64,000 nt of DNA from Parcubacteria bacterium RAAC4_OD1_1 (GCA_000505065.1 AWSN01000001.1:196567-260566), one strand, 5' to 3'; numbered from the stretch's first letter, positions 8,573 to 19,023 are shown. Numbers and translations: made by a program. The notes: generated from the letters alone by a model not told the origin.

Positions 8573-9569
8573 GAATTTTTCTTTTCTTGACTTTTTTTAC
8601 AGCATTTTCTATATGAGAGATACCTATTTCGTAATGTTCTATGAGCTCATCTTTCTTACCAGATTGGCCAAATTTATTTTTAATAGCAATAAATTCTATT
8701 GGCACTGGATAATTTTTTGATAAAAAAGAAGCTATCATACTTCCCATTCCACCTATTTCTCCATGATCTTCCACTGTCACGATTGCTTTAGTTTCTTTAG
8801 CAATAGAAAGTACCCCTTCTTCATCGAGAGGTTTAATAGTAGATAAATTCATAACCTTAACTTTAATCCCCTCTTTTTCTAAATTTTTAGCTGCGATAAG
8901 AGCTCTATATACAATTGTCCCTGTCGCTATTATTCCTATTTCTGCGATACCTTTTTCAGGATAAAATAATATTTGAGATTTACCTATTTCAAATGGAGTG
9001 TCTTCTGTGGTAATAAATGGTGTATTGTTCCTATCTAATCTTATATAAGTAGGAAGATTATTATTTGCACAAGCAATAGTTGCTTTTCGAGCTTCTATGT
9101 TATCACAAGGAGAGATAACAATCATATTTGGAAGAGATGTGGTTAAAGCTATGTCTTCTAAGGATTGATGGCTCCCCCCATCTTCTCCAACTGTAATACC
9201 AGAATGTGTACCAATTATTTTTACAGGTTGATTATTGTAACAAATTGTAGTTCTTATTTGTTCCCAATTTCTTCCAGGGTTAAAAATTGCAAAAGAAGTT
9301 ATATATGGTATTTTACCCATAGATGCTAGTCCACTAGCTACTCCTGCCATATTTTGTTCACTTATTCCTACTTGAATAAATCTATTTGGAAATTTTTCTT
9401 TGAATAAATGTGTGCGAGTAGATTCTGTAAGATCTGCAGATAAAGCCACTACCTTTTCATTTTTAGTTCCTATTTCCAGAAGCCCTACCCCAAACCCATC
9501 ACGAGTAGATTTATTTTCTATATTATTACTAAATATTTTTGTATTTAATTTTAAAGATTGATTTAACAT
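8565..9569 (-). CDS. Transketolase, C-terminal subunit
   Basis: Pyrimidine-binding and C-terminal domains (ISEQNMAGVASGLA). Overlaps the N-terminal subunit gene by 7 nt. Confidence 0.85.
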   Translation of the reverse strand: MLNQSLKLNTKIFSNNIENKSTRDGFGVGLLEIGTKNEKVVALSADLTESTRTHLFKEKFPNRFIQVGISEQNMAGVASGLASMGKIPYITSFAIFNPGRNWEQIRTTICYNNQPVKIIGTHSGITVGEDGGSHQSLEDIALTTSLPNMIVISPCDNIEARKATIACANNNLPTYIRLDRNNTPFITTEDTPFEIGKSQILFYPEKGIAEIGIIATGTIVYRALIAAKNLEKEGIKVKVMNLSTIKPLDEEGVLSIAKETKAIVTVEDHGEIGGMGSMIASFLSKNYPVPIEFIAIKNKFGQSGKKDELIEHYEIGISHIENAVKKVKKRKILN

Positions 9570-10402
9570 ATTTTTGATAATTCATTTATAGCTAATTCAT
9601 ATTCTTCTTTATTTGGAGCTTTACCATGCCATCTATAGTCTCTTTCCCATTCTTTTACCCCCTTACATGGTATTGTATTTGCAATAATTACACTTGGTTT
9701 ATCTTTTATTTCTTTAACTTTTTCTATTGCATTGTGTATTGCTACAAAGTCGTGCCCATCTACCTCTTCTGTGTGCCAATTAAAGGCTCCGAATTTTATT
9801 CGTAGATTATTAAGTGGCATTATATCCTCGGTATTTCCATCTAGTTGGATATTATTTCTATCTACTATTAAAGTTAAATTCCCAAGATTTTCTTTAGCTC
9901 CCAGCATAATAGCTTCCCAGTTTTGTCCTTCATTAAGCTCTCCATCTCCTACAATACAAAAAATATTTTTATTTACTCCATTGTCTATCTTTGTAGCTAT
10001 TGCCATTCCTACTGCTTGAGAAAGACCTTCTCCAAGTGGGCCTGATGAAGTTTCAAGTATTGGTAAGAATTCTCTATGTGGATGACCTTGAAGTTTCGAA
10101 CCAAATTTTCGAAGAGTCCAAAGTTCTTCTTTTTTTAAGTATCCAATTTCAGCAAATGTAGCATAAAGCACTGGACAAATATGGCCATTTGAAAGTACTA
10201 GCCTGTCTCTTTCTTCCCATTTAGGATTATTCTTGTCATATTTCATTCCTACAAAATATAAATATGTAAAAATATCAGCCATTCCAAGAGGTCCTGCTGT
10301 ATGCCCAGATTGAGATTTATACAACATTTCAATAATATTTTTGCGAATATTATTTGCTTTTATTTTTAGTTCTTTAATTTTTTCTAAAGATAAGTTTTGC
10401 AT
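9563..10402 (-). CDS. Transketolase, N-terminal (TPP-binding) subunit
   Basis: SGHTAGPLGMADIF..GDGELNEGQ thiamine-diphosphate binding motifs. Split tkt as in archaea and small-genome bacteria. Confidence 0.85.
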   Translation of the reverse strand: MQNLSLEKIKELKIKANNIRKNIIEMLYKSQSGHTAGPLGMADIFTYLYFVGMKYDKNNPKWEERDRLVLSNGHICPVLYATFAEIGYLKKEELWTLRKFGSKLQGHPHREFLPILETSSGPLGEGLSQAVGMAIATKIDNGVNKNIFCIVGDGELNEGQNWEAIMLGAKENLGNLTLIVDRNNIQLDGNTEDIMPLNNLRIKFGAFNWHTEEVDGHDFVAIHNAIEKVKEIKDKPSVIIANTIPCKGVKEWERDYRWHGKAPNKEEYELAINELSKIC

Positions 10403-10450
10403 TTTATCATAATTATTATAACAAAATTAAAAAACAAATACTATATAAAT

Positions 10451-11149
10451 TTATCTATTCTTATCCAGACTCTCTAATTCTTTTATAGTTTCTATTATGT
10501 CGAGTCTTCCATTTAAGTATGATCCAACAACAAGTCTATCTGCTCCAGCTTTTACTAAAGCACTTGATGTATTTTCATTAACACTCCCGTCAATACTTAT
10601 AATTATATCTTTGTATTTTTCTTTAATTTCTTTTATTTTAACCAAAACTCTTTCATCGAAAGGTTCTCCTTGATATCCGATTTCTTTAATTCCCATTAAT
10701 TGTATAAAATCTATGATGTTTATAAATTTATCAAGTTTTATTGTTTCTGTATCGTTTTTAATAGATAAACCTATCTCTACATTTTCTCTTATATATGGAT
10801 CCATAGATTCTATAAATTCTTTTAATTTATTTTCATCTTCTGCCTCTAAATGAAATACTACTCTTTTTGCTCCGAGTCTAGTAAAAAACTCAAAATGATC
10901 TATACCGTCTTTTATCATTAAATCAAATTCAAAATCAAAATAATTCCAAAATGGCATCCCCTCATCTTCATTTAAAATATTTAAAATTTCTTTCCTATCT
11001 CCTGTATTCATAGGCCAAGAATATGTAGGTACAAATTTACCATCGCAAACATCTATTTGGACAACTTTGGATGTATTTACAAATCTTCCTAGTTTAGATC
11101 TAAGATCATTTATATCTTTTGCAAGTATCGCTGGTATAATTTCCATCAT
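10451..11149 (-). CDS. rpe: Ribulose-phosphate 3-epimerase-like
   Basis: IIPAILAKDI and IDVCDGKFVPT match Rpe IAPSILSADF and HVDVMDGHFVPN. C-terminal DGSVN..AGAD..VVGS. Confidence 0.65.
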   Translation of the reverse strand: MMEIIPAILAKDINDLRSKLGRFVNTSKVVQIDVCDGKFVPTYSWPMNTGDRKEILNILNEDEGMPFWNYFDFEFDLMIKDGIDHFEFFTRLGAKRVVFHLEAEDENKLKEFIESMDPYIRENVEIGLSIKNDTETIKLDKFINIIDFIQLMGIKEIGYQGEPFDERVLVKIKEIKEKYKDIIISIDGSVNENTSSALVKAGADRLVVGSYLNGRLDIIETIKELESLDKNR

Positions 11150-11219
11150 TTGAATAGGTTATAATTTCTAGGTTCTAGTGAATAGTAAATACTAATCACT
11201 AAAAACTAAATATTAATCA

Positions 11220-11678
11220 CTAATTTATAATTTCTTGTTCTTTTATTTTATTAAGTCTCTTTATATGTCTTTCGTCATTTGAAAATGGTGTCTCAAGAAA
11301 TATTTTTACTGCTTCTTTAGCTTCATCTTCTGTTATAAATCTGGCTCCTAAGGAAAGGATATTTGCATTGTTGTGCTCCCTCCCAAGTCTGACAATTTCT
11401 AGATTACCACCATAATATTCTATCGCTCGTATACCGTCTACTTTATTTGCAGAGATTTGCTCTCCTTCACCAGAACCACCTAAGATAATTCCTAATGACT
11501 CACTATCATTTGCTACTGATTCTGCAACGGGAATTATATAGTCTGGGTAATCATCAGTAGGAATTAAAGAAAAAGCTCCCTTGTCACCAAACTCATAACC
11601 AAGTTCTTTTATATATTCTTTTAATTTTTCTTTGAGCTCATATCCCGCATGATCCGAGCCGATATATATTTTTTGCAT
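11220..11678 (-). CDS. rpiB: Ribose-5-phosphate isomerase B
   Basis: MQKIYIGSDHAGYELKEKL... RpiB/LacAB family, 152 aa. Confidence 0.8.
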   Translation of the reverse strand: MQKIYIGSDHAGYELKEKLKEYIKELGYEFGDKGAFSLIPTDDYPDYIIPVAESVANDSESLGIILGGSGEGEQISANKVDGIRAIEYYGGNLEIVRLGREHNNANILSLGARFITEDEAKEAVKIFLETPFSNDERHIKRLNKIKEQEIIN

Positions 11679-11679
11679 T

Positions 11680-12729
11680 TTATTTTATAGAGTTACCTGT
11701 TTTAATTACGTGGTCAACAAGTGTATAAGTATAACCCATTTCGTTATCGTACCAACCCATAACTTTTATGAGGTTACCTCCAACAACACGGGTCATTTCA
11801 AGATCTGCAATACAAGCATGACTCTCACCTAAGATATCAGATGAGACTATTGGGTCTTCTGTAATAGTAAATATTTTATCCCAATGAGGATCTTTTGAAG
11901 CATTTTTAAGAATTTCATTAACTTCTTCTTTTGTTGTTTCTTTTTTAGAAATAAAAGTTACATCCACAATAGATCCACAAATAACAGGCACACGAATTGA
12001 TATTCCATCAAAGAGACCTTTAAGCACCGGAAAGGCTTCTGTGACGGCAATAGCTGCCCCTGTAGAGCTCGGTATGATGTTTTGAGCTGCCGCACGGCCT
12101 TCTCTTAGATCTTTCTTACTTGGACCATCCACGATTGATTGAGTAGCAGTGTATCCATGAACAGTGTTGAGTATTGCTTTTTCTATTCCAAGACTTTCGT
12201 GAAGTATAGCAATAAGTGGTGAAGCTGCATTGGTGGTACAAGAAGCATTTGAAGTGATATCACAAGTCCCAAATTTATCTTCATTTACACCAAGGAGAAT
12301 AGTCTCGCCATGAGTTTCAGAATCTTTACCTTTAGATGGCGCAGATATTACTACTTTTTTTGCTCCACAATCTAAGTGGAATTTTGCTTTATCATAGGAA
12401 GTAAATACCCCAGTGGACTCTACAACAACATCAATATCTAAATCTTTCCAAGGAAGCTTTGTTGTATCTTTTTCTGAAATATATTTTATTTTTTTATCAT
12501 CAATTACAATAAAAGAATTTAATCCTGCTTCATCTTTTTCTATTTCAATCTTTTTACCCCATTTACCATAGACAGTGTCATACTCAAGGAGATAAGAAAG
12601 GCTATCAATAGAACCAAGATCATTAATAGCAATTATTTCAATTTCAGGTTTATTCCAAGCAACCTTTAAAACAGCTCTACCAATCCTCCCAAAACCATTT
12701 ATCGCAACTCTTATTTTTTTGTTTTCCAT
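11680..12729 (-). CDS. gap: Glyceraldehyde-3-phosphate dehydrogenase
   Basis: NGFGRIGR NAD-binding motif and the ASCTTN catalytic-Cys region. Confidence 0.85.
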   Translation of the reverse strand: MENKKIRVAINGFGRIGRAVLKVAWNKPEIEIIAINDLGSIDSLSYLLEYDTVYGKWGKKIEIEKDEAGLNSFIVIDDKKIKYISEKDTTKLPWKDLDIDVVVESTGVFTSYDKAKFHLDCGAKKVVISAPSKGKDSETHGETILLGVNEDKFGTCDITSNASCTTNAASPLIAILHESLGIEKAILNTVHGYTATQSIVDGPSKKDLREGRAAAQNIIPSSTGAAIAVTEAFPVLKGLFDGISIRVPVICGSIVDVTFISKKETTKEEVNEILKNASKDPHWDKIFTITEDPIVSSDILGESHACIADLEMTRVVGGNLIKVMGWYDNEMGYTYTLVDHVIKTGNSIK

Positions 12730-12762
12730 AGTATTTATATTATAACATTTTATTATTAATAA

Positions 12763-14064
12763 TTAAGCTTTATTATCTTCATTATTATAATTCCAATTTG
12801 GATTATAATAATTACCCTTTCCATCTTCATTTTCATTCATCGCTGTGTATTTCATGAGCTCATTTATTTGTTCATCTGATAAATCAATTTGTTTTAGTTG
12901 TTTATATTGATAATCTTCTTTTAGTAATGGGTAATCATTAATATTAAAATTATCTTCTAATTGATAATTATATTTTTGTTTCGCCATCATCCTTAAACTA
13001 TTAAGTCTAGCTTTTATTTCTGTTTTTTTTATTAAATATTTTCTAACCTCGTCAACAGTTTCAAAATACTTAATTTCTGCTGATTTAATATTATTTATTG
13101 TTTCAATATTTTGAACTATAAAATTTTTTCTATATTGTTTTTCTATTGTATTTATAATATTACTCACAGTATTTTCTTTAAAAATTTTATTAAGGTCATT
13201 ATTATATATATAATTTGAATCTTTTTGTAAATCTTGTAAATATTCTTTAAATTTAGGCTCCAATTTTTTCTTTATATTAACCATATTGTCATATAATAAT
13301 AAATCTTCTGCCTCTTTTAGATTAAAAGATTTTAAAATTCTAGAAAATCCATCATCTTTTATTTGATGATCATCAGGTCTAATTTCAACAGCATGTGAAA
13401 ATTCATGATTAAACGCATTTTCATTCACCCCTACTTCAATTTCATTCCATTCAGAATTAAACGATCCTTCAAAGGCTGAAATATTACTTTTAGTTAATAT
13501 ACTAACTTTTTCTGCTTGTTTTAATCTTTCTTCATATTCTTTATCAATCTCCTTTATCTCTTCCTCGTTTAAAGTTTTATCACCATACATTTCTTTTTTT
13601 AAACGTTCCTTATATGATGGATCTTTTATATATTCAATATATCTATTTCTCATTATTTTATTAAAATCCTCATTATTTTCAGGTCTATTTTGATCTTCAA
13701 AAAAAGAAAAGACTCCATCTTTTCCAAATATTTCTTTTCTTCTGTCTATGAAATCTTGATTTTCTAATTCTTTTTCTATTTCCTCTTTGTAATCTTTATT
13801 TTCTTTTGAAATTCCTAAATCATTTTCAATTTCTTTAATTTTTTCTAATCTAATTGAATCGGTTTGTTTTTTTATTGATTCTTTTTCATTCTGATTTTGT
13901 GTTGTATCAGACACTATTTCAGTCTCATTTAGTTCTTTTTCTTTTCGATCAGACTTAACTTCTTGTGCTTCTAAGCTACCCAAAGAAGCAGAAACTACTC
14001 CAGCTCCAATAGCTGTTTTTGTAGCCACTTTTTTAACTTTTTCAAAATCAAATTTCATAACCAT
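12763..14064 (-). CDS. Hypothetical highly charged protein with N-terminal hydrophobic segment and HExxH motif
   Basis: N-terminus VATKTAIGAGVVSASLGSLEA (signal/anchor). NAFNHEFSHAVEI is a possible Zn-metallopeptidase-like motif, DUF4157-style. 433 aa. Confidence 0.5.
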   Translation of the reverse strand: MVMKFDFEKVKKVATKTAIGAGVVSASLGSLEAQEVKSDRKEKELNETEIVSDTTQNQNEKESIKKQTDSIRLEKIKEIENDLGISKENKDYKEEIEKELENQDFIDRRKEIFGKDGVFSFFEDQNRPENNEDFNKIMRNRYIEYIKDPSYKERLKKEMYGDKTLNEEEIKEIDKEYEERLKQAEKVSILTKSNISAFEGSFNSEWNEIEVGVNENAFNHEFSHAVEIRPDDHQIKDDGFSRILKSFNLKEAEDLLLYDNMVNIKKKLEPKFKEYLQDLQKDSNYIYNNDLNKIFKENTVSNIINTIEKQYRKNFIVQNIETINNIKSAEIKYFETVDEVRKYLIKKTEIKARLNSLRMMAKQKYNYQLEDNFNINDYPLLKEDYQYKQLKQIDLSDEQINELMKYTAMNENEDGKGNYYNPNWNYNNEDNKA

Positions 14065-14101
14065 ATATTACCATATTATAAATCATAATAAAATTTAGAA
14101 A

Positions 14102-14122
14102 TTTAGTAGTCCGACTACTAAA
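14102..14122 (-). terminator. Hairpin terminator downstream of gatB
   Basis: TTTAGTAGTC-CGA/GG-ACTACTAAA followed by a T-rich run on the minus strand. Confidence 0.4.
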
Positions 14123-14157
14123 ATTTCGAAATGTGGTGTAATTAAGATATTAATTTT

Positions 14158-15582
14158 TTATTTAATTAATTCTTTTAATAATTTAATTACAAGTTGTGGA
14201 TTGGCGCTACCTTTTGACTCTTTGATGACAGCCCCCACTAAAGACATTATAGCATTTTCTTTACCTCCTTTATATGTTTCTACAACAGTTGGATTTGCAT
14301 CTATTATTTTTTGTACTATTTCTTTGAGAGCTTCCTCGTCATTATTTTGAAGTAAATTTTTTACTTCTGCTATTTTCATTGGTGAATTATCTTCTACTAC
14401 TATTATAGCAAGGATATCTTTGGCTCCACGAGAAGAAATTTTTCCTCCATTTACCATTTCTATAAGTTCTACAAAATTTTTAATATCAGGAAGTTTTATA
14501 TTTAGATTGTTCTTTTTTAATCCTAAATAATCTGAAGTAATATAATTCGAAGCAATTTGAATTTTTGTTTTTTCAGATAAAGAATCGGCTACTTTTTCAA
14601 ACCAATCCCCAAGTTCTTTATCAAGAATATAGCTTTCTATATCTTCATCTTTGATACCATAATTATTTCGATATCTAACTCTCCTTTCTTCTGGAAGTTC
14701 TGGTAATTCATTTTTCATTTTTTCTATATCAAAAATTTCATTTAAATAAAGTTTTGGTAAATCTGGATCAGGAAAATATCTATAATCATTTGCATTTTCT
14801 TTTTTCCTTTGTGAAAAGGTTATGCCTTTATTTTCATCCCATCCACGAGTTTCTTGGACTATTTCACCACCTTTTCCACCTTCTAAAAGATCAGTCATTC
14901 TTTTTATTTCAAATTCAGCAGCACGTTCCATTGCTCGAAATGAATTTATATTTTTAACTTCAACTTTTGTGCCAAGCTTATTTTCATCTTCTGATACAGA
15001 AATATTTAATTCTACTCTCATTTGTCCTTTTTCCATATTGGCAAGAGATACTCCAAGATATCTTAAGAGTAGTTGAAGTTCACGCCCAAAGTTCCCCGCT
15101 TTTTTAGCATCGTGTATTACCGGCTCTGTGACAAGCTCCATAAGTGGTACTCCTGCACGATTAAAATCAACCAAGCTATAATTTTTTGTAGTATTTTCTG
15201 GATGTTTAGACGTAGCTGTATCTTCTTCTAAATGAACACGAGTAATTTTTATTCCATTGAGTTCCCCTCCTTCTACAATAGGATATTTATATTGAGATAT
15301 CTGGTAAGCTTTCGGAATATCGGGATAAAAATAATTTTTCCTATCAAATTCAGTAAAATTTGCAATATTACCACCTAAGGCAAGCCCCACTCTTATGACG
15401 CTTTCTACTGCCTTTTTGTTTATAACAGGAAGGGTTCCTGGTTCGGCTATACAAACTGGGCAGATATTTTTGTTTGGAAATTCTTCTTCAGAATCATTCT
15501 TGCATCCACAAAACATCTTTGTATTTGTGTTTAATTCAGCATGTATTTCAAGACCAATGGTTGTATAATATTTTTTTGACAT
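14158..15582 (-). CDS. gatB: Asp/Glu-tRNA(Asn/Gln) amidotransferase subunit B
   Basis: MSKKYYTTIGLEIHAELNT... is a GatB N-terminus. ATG at 15582; the ORF-track start at 15627 is further upstream. Confidence 0.85.
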   Translation of the reverse strand: MSKKYYTTIGLEIHAELNTNTKMFCGCKNDSEEEFPNKNICPVCIAEPGTLPVINKKAVESVIRVGLALGGNIANFTEFDRKNYFYPDIPKAYQISQYKYPIVEGGELNGIKITRVHLEEDTATSKHPENTTKNYSLVDFNRAGVPLMELVTEPVIHDAKKAGNFGRELQLLLRYLGVSLANMEKGQMRVELNISVSEDENKLGTKVEVKNINSFRAMERAAEFEIKRMTDLLEGGKGGEIVQETRGWDENKGITFSQRKKENANDYRYFPDPDLPKLYLNEIFDIEKMKNELPELPEERRVRYRNNYGIKDEDIESYILDKELGDWFEKVADSLSEKTKIQIASNYITSDYLGLKKNNLNIKLPDIKNFVELIEMVNGGKISSRGAKDILAIIVVEDNSPMKIAEVKNLLQNNDEEALKEIVQKIIDANPTVVETYKGGKENAIMSLVGAVIKESKGSANPQLVIKLLKELIK

Positions 15583-15659
15583 ATAGACAGTATAACAAAA
15601 TTTGTAAAATTTTGTATTGGTATACATACAAGTATTATGATATAATATATCTATACCAT

Positions 15660-16145
15660 ATGAATAAAAAAAGAAAATGGACTGAAATACAATTAGAAAA
15701 AGCTGTGAAAAATTCTAAAAGTTACAGAAATGTAATTAATATTTTAGGATTAAAACCAACTGGTGGAAATTATGATCAAATTAAAAAATACATAAGACAA
15801 GGTAATTTAAATATAAAACATTTTACTGGTAAAGTTTGGAATAAAGGACTTAAATTCCCTAATAGAAATTATATCGAACTTAAGGATATTTTAATAAAGA
15901 ATAGTTCATACCAAAGCCATAAGTTGAAAAAAAGATTGTTTTCTGTTAAAATAAAAGAACCTAAATGTGAAATTTGTGGGTGGGCTAAATACTCTATTGA
16001 TGGTAGATTGCCATTAGAGCTTGACCATATTAATGGAGATAGACATGACAACAGGTTGGAAAATATTAGGATTTTATGTCCAAATTGTCACAGTCTACAA
16101 TTAACACATAGAGGTAAAAATATAAGAAATGCCCGAGTGGTGTAA
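15660..16145 (+). CDS. HNH homing-type endonuclease
   Basis: MNKKRKWTEIQLEKAV... C-terminal HNH motif CEICGW..DHINGDRHDNRLENIRILCPNCH. The 3' end overlaps tRNA-Leu by 15 nt. TATAAT at 15641..15646. Confidence 0.75.
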   Translation: MNKKRKWTEIQLEKAVKNSKSYRNVINILGLKPTGGNYDQIKKYIRQGNLNIKHFTGKVWNKGLKFPNRNYIELKDILIKNSSYQSHKLKKRLFSVKIKEPKCEICGWAKYSIDGRLPLELDHINGDRHDNRLENIRILCPNCHSLQLTHRGKNIRNARVV

Positions 16146-16215
16146 TTGGTAGCCACGAGAGACTTAAAATTTCTTGCCATTTATTGGCGTGTGGGTTCAA
16201 GTCCCACCTCGGGCA
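16131..16215 (+). tRNA. tRNA-Leu (anticodon UAA)
   Basis: Cloverleaf parsed by eye: acceptor GCCCGAG/CTCGGGC, D-arm, anticodon loop CTTAAAA (TAA), long variable arm, T-arm GTGGG-TTCAAGT-CCCAC, discriminator A. Confidence 0.8.
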
Positions 16216-16240
16216 CAAATAGAAATAAAAGTAATTTTAG

Positions 16241-17557
16241 TTACTTAAACATTTTACTATTTGTTTTTGGGAGATAAAATAAAGGATCTAGATGTGCATT
16301 AGATTTTGTTAATCTTGGTTGTGTAAGTATCTTACCTGGACAACTTTGACTTTCAAAAGATTCCACAGCTACCCCATCAGAAGCATAAACAGAAATATGT
16401 AAATGTGGACCAGTAGAAGAACCAGAACCAAATACCCCTTTTACTCCACCTGATAATCCTACTATATCTCCAGTTTTTATTTTCTGACCTTTTTCAACAG
16501 AAATTGCAGATAAGTGACCATAAGTACTCGAAAGACCATTATTGTATTTGATCAAAACCCATTTACCAAAAGAAGCACCTTTACAAGAAAGATCTGTGTT
16601 CCCTGTATCTATTACAACTCCTGTAGCCATTGATTTAACTGGAGTCCCTGTTGATGATCTAAAATCAATTCCATAATGGAAAGTTGAAATACTTGAATTG
16701 AAAGGATTAATTCTAATACCATATTTTGAAGTTATTAAAATACTATCAAGTGGCCATGCCAATACCTCTGATCCTTTTTTAGGTAGAAAACTTGGATTAA
16801 TAAGTAATTTTAATTGAGCCTCATAGTCTTCCATTTCTTTTTCAAAAACATCTTTTCTTTTTTCTGCTTCTTTTAATAATTTCTGATATTCAGCTTCTTT
16901 GTTTTTAGTTTGATTAAGAAGATTATCTTTTTCTTTTTTAGTACTTAATATAGCAGATTCTTGAGCTCTAAGAGTTTGTTTTAGATTTTTTAATTTTTCT
17001 TGTTCGTTCAATTTTTCAATTTTAGAATTTATTAAATCTACTTTTTTATTTACAAGTTCTTCTTTGTGTTCTTTTACACTATTATTTATTTCTAAAATAT
17101 CATAATATTCTCTACTTGCTTCCCATAAACCATTTTTTGAAAGCATTATTTCAAGTAAAGTGTTTTTATCTTTTTTATAAAGAGCATTTATCATCTCACT
17201 TAAAGATTTTTCTGATGTTCTTATTGATTCCTCTTTATCTCCTATATTATTTGTGAGTTCATCTATAACAAGTGATGCAGCTCCAATTTTTTTTTCTACC
17301 TGAGCTCTTTCTTTAAGAAGTTTATCTCTAGTTAGGGTAAGTTCTTTGATAACTTTTGCTAAAGATTCTTTTTCGGCACTAGTCTTCGTAATAGCATCTT
17401 GATATTTTGCTATTTCTTTATCTAAAGCTTTTATCTGGCTGTTTATATCATTTATTTGATTTTCTATTTCTTTTTTAGTATCAGCGAAAGTATAAAAAAA
17501 GGAAAAACAAAAAAATACAATCATTACAAGTGATAAAATTGTTAATTTTCTCTTCAT
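16241..17557 (-). CDS. M23 family metallopeptidase with N-terminal TM and coiled-coil (EnvC-like)
   Basis: C-terminal HYGIDFRS..GPHLHISV M23 motifs. Long coiled-coil N-terminal region. Confidence 0.8.
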   Translation of the reverse strand: MKRKLTILSLVMIVFFCFSFFYTFADTKKEIENQINDINSQIKALDKEIAKYQDAITKTSAEKESLAKVIKELTLTRDKLLKERAQVEKKIGAASLVIDELTNNIGDKEESIRTSEKSLSEMINALYKKDKNTLLEIMLSKNGLWEASREYYDILEINNSVKEHKEELVNKKVDLINSKIEKLNEQEKLKNLKQTLRAQESAILSTKKEKDNLLNQTKNKEAEYQKLLKEAEKRKDVFEKEMEDYEAQLKLLINPSFLPKKGSEVLAWPLDSILITSKYGIRINPFNSSISTFHYGIDFRSSTGTPVKSMATGVVIDTGNTDLSCKGASFGKWVLIKYNNGLSSTYGHLSAISVEKGQKIKTGDIVGLSGGVKGVFGSGSSTGPHLHISVYASDGVAVESFESQSCPGKILTQPRLTKSNAHLDPLFYLPKTNSKMFK

Positions 17558-17570
17558 ATTTTTATTATAA

Positions 17571-19010
17571 CTATAAATTCTCTAGTTTCAAAGTCGCAGA
17601 TTTTAATCTTTCTAGAGTTTCTTCTTTTCCTAATATAAAAGATATTATAAACGGGTCTGGAGATTTAGAAAGACCAGAAAGTGCATATCTTACAGGGTGA
17701 AGCACTTGGCCTCTGTTTTCCTTAGATTCACTTATTTTATTTAATATTTCTTTTATATTTTCAAATTCAAATTTTTCTAATTCATTAAATACTTTTATAA
17801 CCTCATTTAAATTATTTTCTATAATTTTTTTATTTGTATTTTTAAATAGAAGAAGACTTGGATCTATTTCTGGTTTTTTGTAAAAGAAATCAAGTTCACC
17901 ACTATCTACCATAATTTTTACATCACTCCATTTTGATATTCTTTCTCTTATTAAAGGGACAAGTTTTTCATTTTTTAAAAATTCAGGAAGCCATTTTAAA
18001 ATATTTTCTTTAACAATCTTTTCATTTAAAAGTTTTATGTGTTCCTTGTTTATCCAATCTAATTTTTCTTCATTAAATTTTCCTCCACTTATGTGGATCT
18101 TGTCTATATCAAAAAGTTCTATAAATTCTTTTTTAGAAATTACTTCTTTCTCTCCTCCTGGATTCCAGCCAATATAAGCCAAAAAATTTATCATAGCTTC
18201 TGGTAAATATCCTTCTTTTTCATAATCTAGTATATCTTTTGCCCCATCTCTTTTCCCTAATTTTTTCTTACCATCTGGTCCCATAATAGGTGGCAACATT
18301 ACAAATTCTGGCCTTTTTATTTCTAATGCATCATAAAGAGATAAAAATTTAGGAACAGAAGAAATAAATTCATCGCCACGCATAATATGAGTCACTCCCA
18401 TTTCCAGATCATCTATAATATGAGCAAAATTATAAGTAGGATACCCATCACTTTTTATAAGGATAAAATCATCAAGAGCTTCTTCTCCAGCTTTTAAGTG
18501 TCCTCTTACAAGATCATCCCATTCATAACTTTTTATTTGGGGTACTTTAAATCGAAGTGGCATAGAGCCATCCCACACAGGAGGATTCTCTGGTCTGTAT
18601 TCTCTATAGAGAAAAGGTTTTTTATCTGCTTCAGCTTTTTTTCTAAAAATTTCAACTTCTTCTTCAGTAAAAGGATCTGCATAAGCAAAACCTTTATCTA
18701 TTAAAATTTGTGCATATTTTTTATATGAATCCAATCTTTCAGATTGTTTATAGGGGGTATTAGGTCCACCTATGTCTGGTCCCTCATCCCATTCTACCCC
18801 TAGCCATTTAAGAGATTTCATTATGTGTTCTATTGAACCTTCTACTTCTCTTGCTTTATCTGTATCTTCAATACGAAGAATAAAAGTCCCGTTATTTTTA
18901 CGAGCATAAGCCCAAGCATAGAGTGCAGTTCGGACTCCACCTACATGCATAAATCCTGTTGGTGAGGGGGCAAAACGAGTAACAACTTTTTTGTTTTGAT
19001 TTGGTTCCAT
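17571..19010 (-). CDS. gltX: Glutamyl-tRNA synthetase
   Basis: RFAPSPTGFMHVGGVRTALY (HIGH region) and a KMSKS-like loop. 479 aa. Confidence 0.85.
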   Translation of the reverse strand: MEPNQNKKVVTRFAPSPTGFMHVGGVRTALYAWAYARKNNGTFILRIEDTDKAREVEGSIEHIMKSLKWLGVEWDEGPDIGGPNTPYKQSERLDSYKKYAQILIDKGFAYADPFTEEEVEIFRKKAEADKKPFLYREYRPENPPVWDGSMPLRFKVPQIKSYEWDDLVRGHLKAGEEALDDFILIKSDGYPTYNFAHIIDDLEMGVTHIMRGDEFISSVPKFLSLYDALEIKRPEFVMLPPIMGPDGKKKLGKRDGAKDILDYEKEGYLPEAMINFLAYIGWNPGGEKEVISKKEFIELFDIDKIHISGGKFNEEKLDWINKEHIKLLNEKIVKENILKWLPEFLKNEKLVPLIRERISKWSDVKIMVDSGELDFFYKKPEIDPSLLLFKNTNKKIIENNLNEVIKVFNELEKFEFENIKEILNKISESKENRGQVLHPVRYALSGLSKSPDPFIISFILGKEETLERLKSATLKLENL

Positions 19011-19023
19011 AATATAACTTATA

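Noticed and set aside
15474-15659. Long 223-aa ORF-track call for the HNH gene
   Set aside because: The upstream 62 codons overlap the gatB N-terminus and have no HNH-family features. The conserved HNH protein begins at ATG 15660, which follows a TATAAT box.
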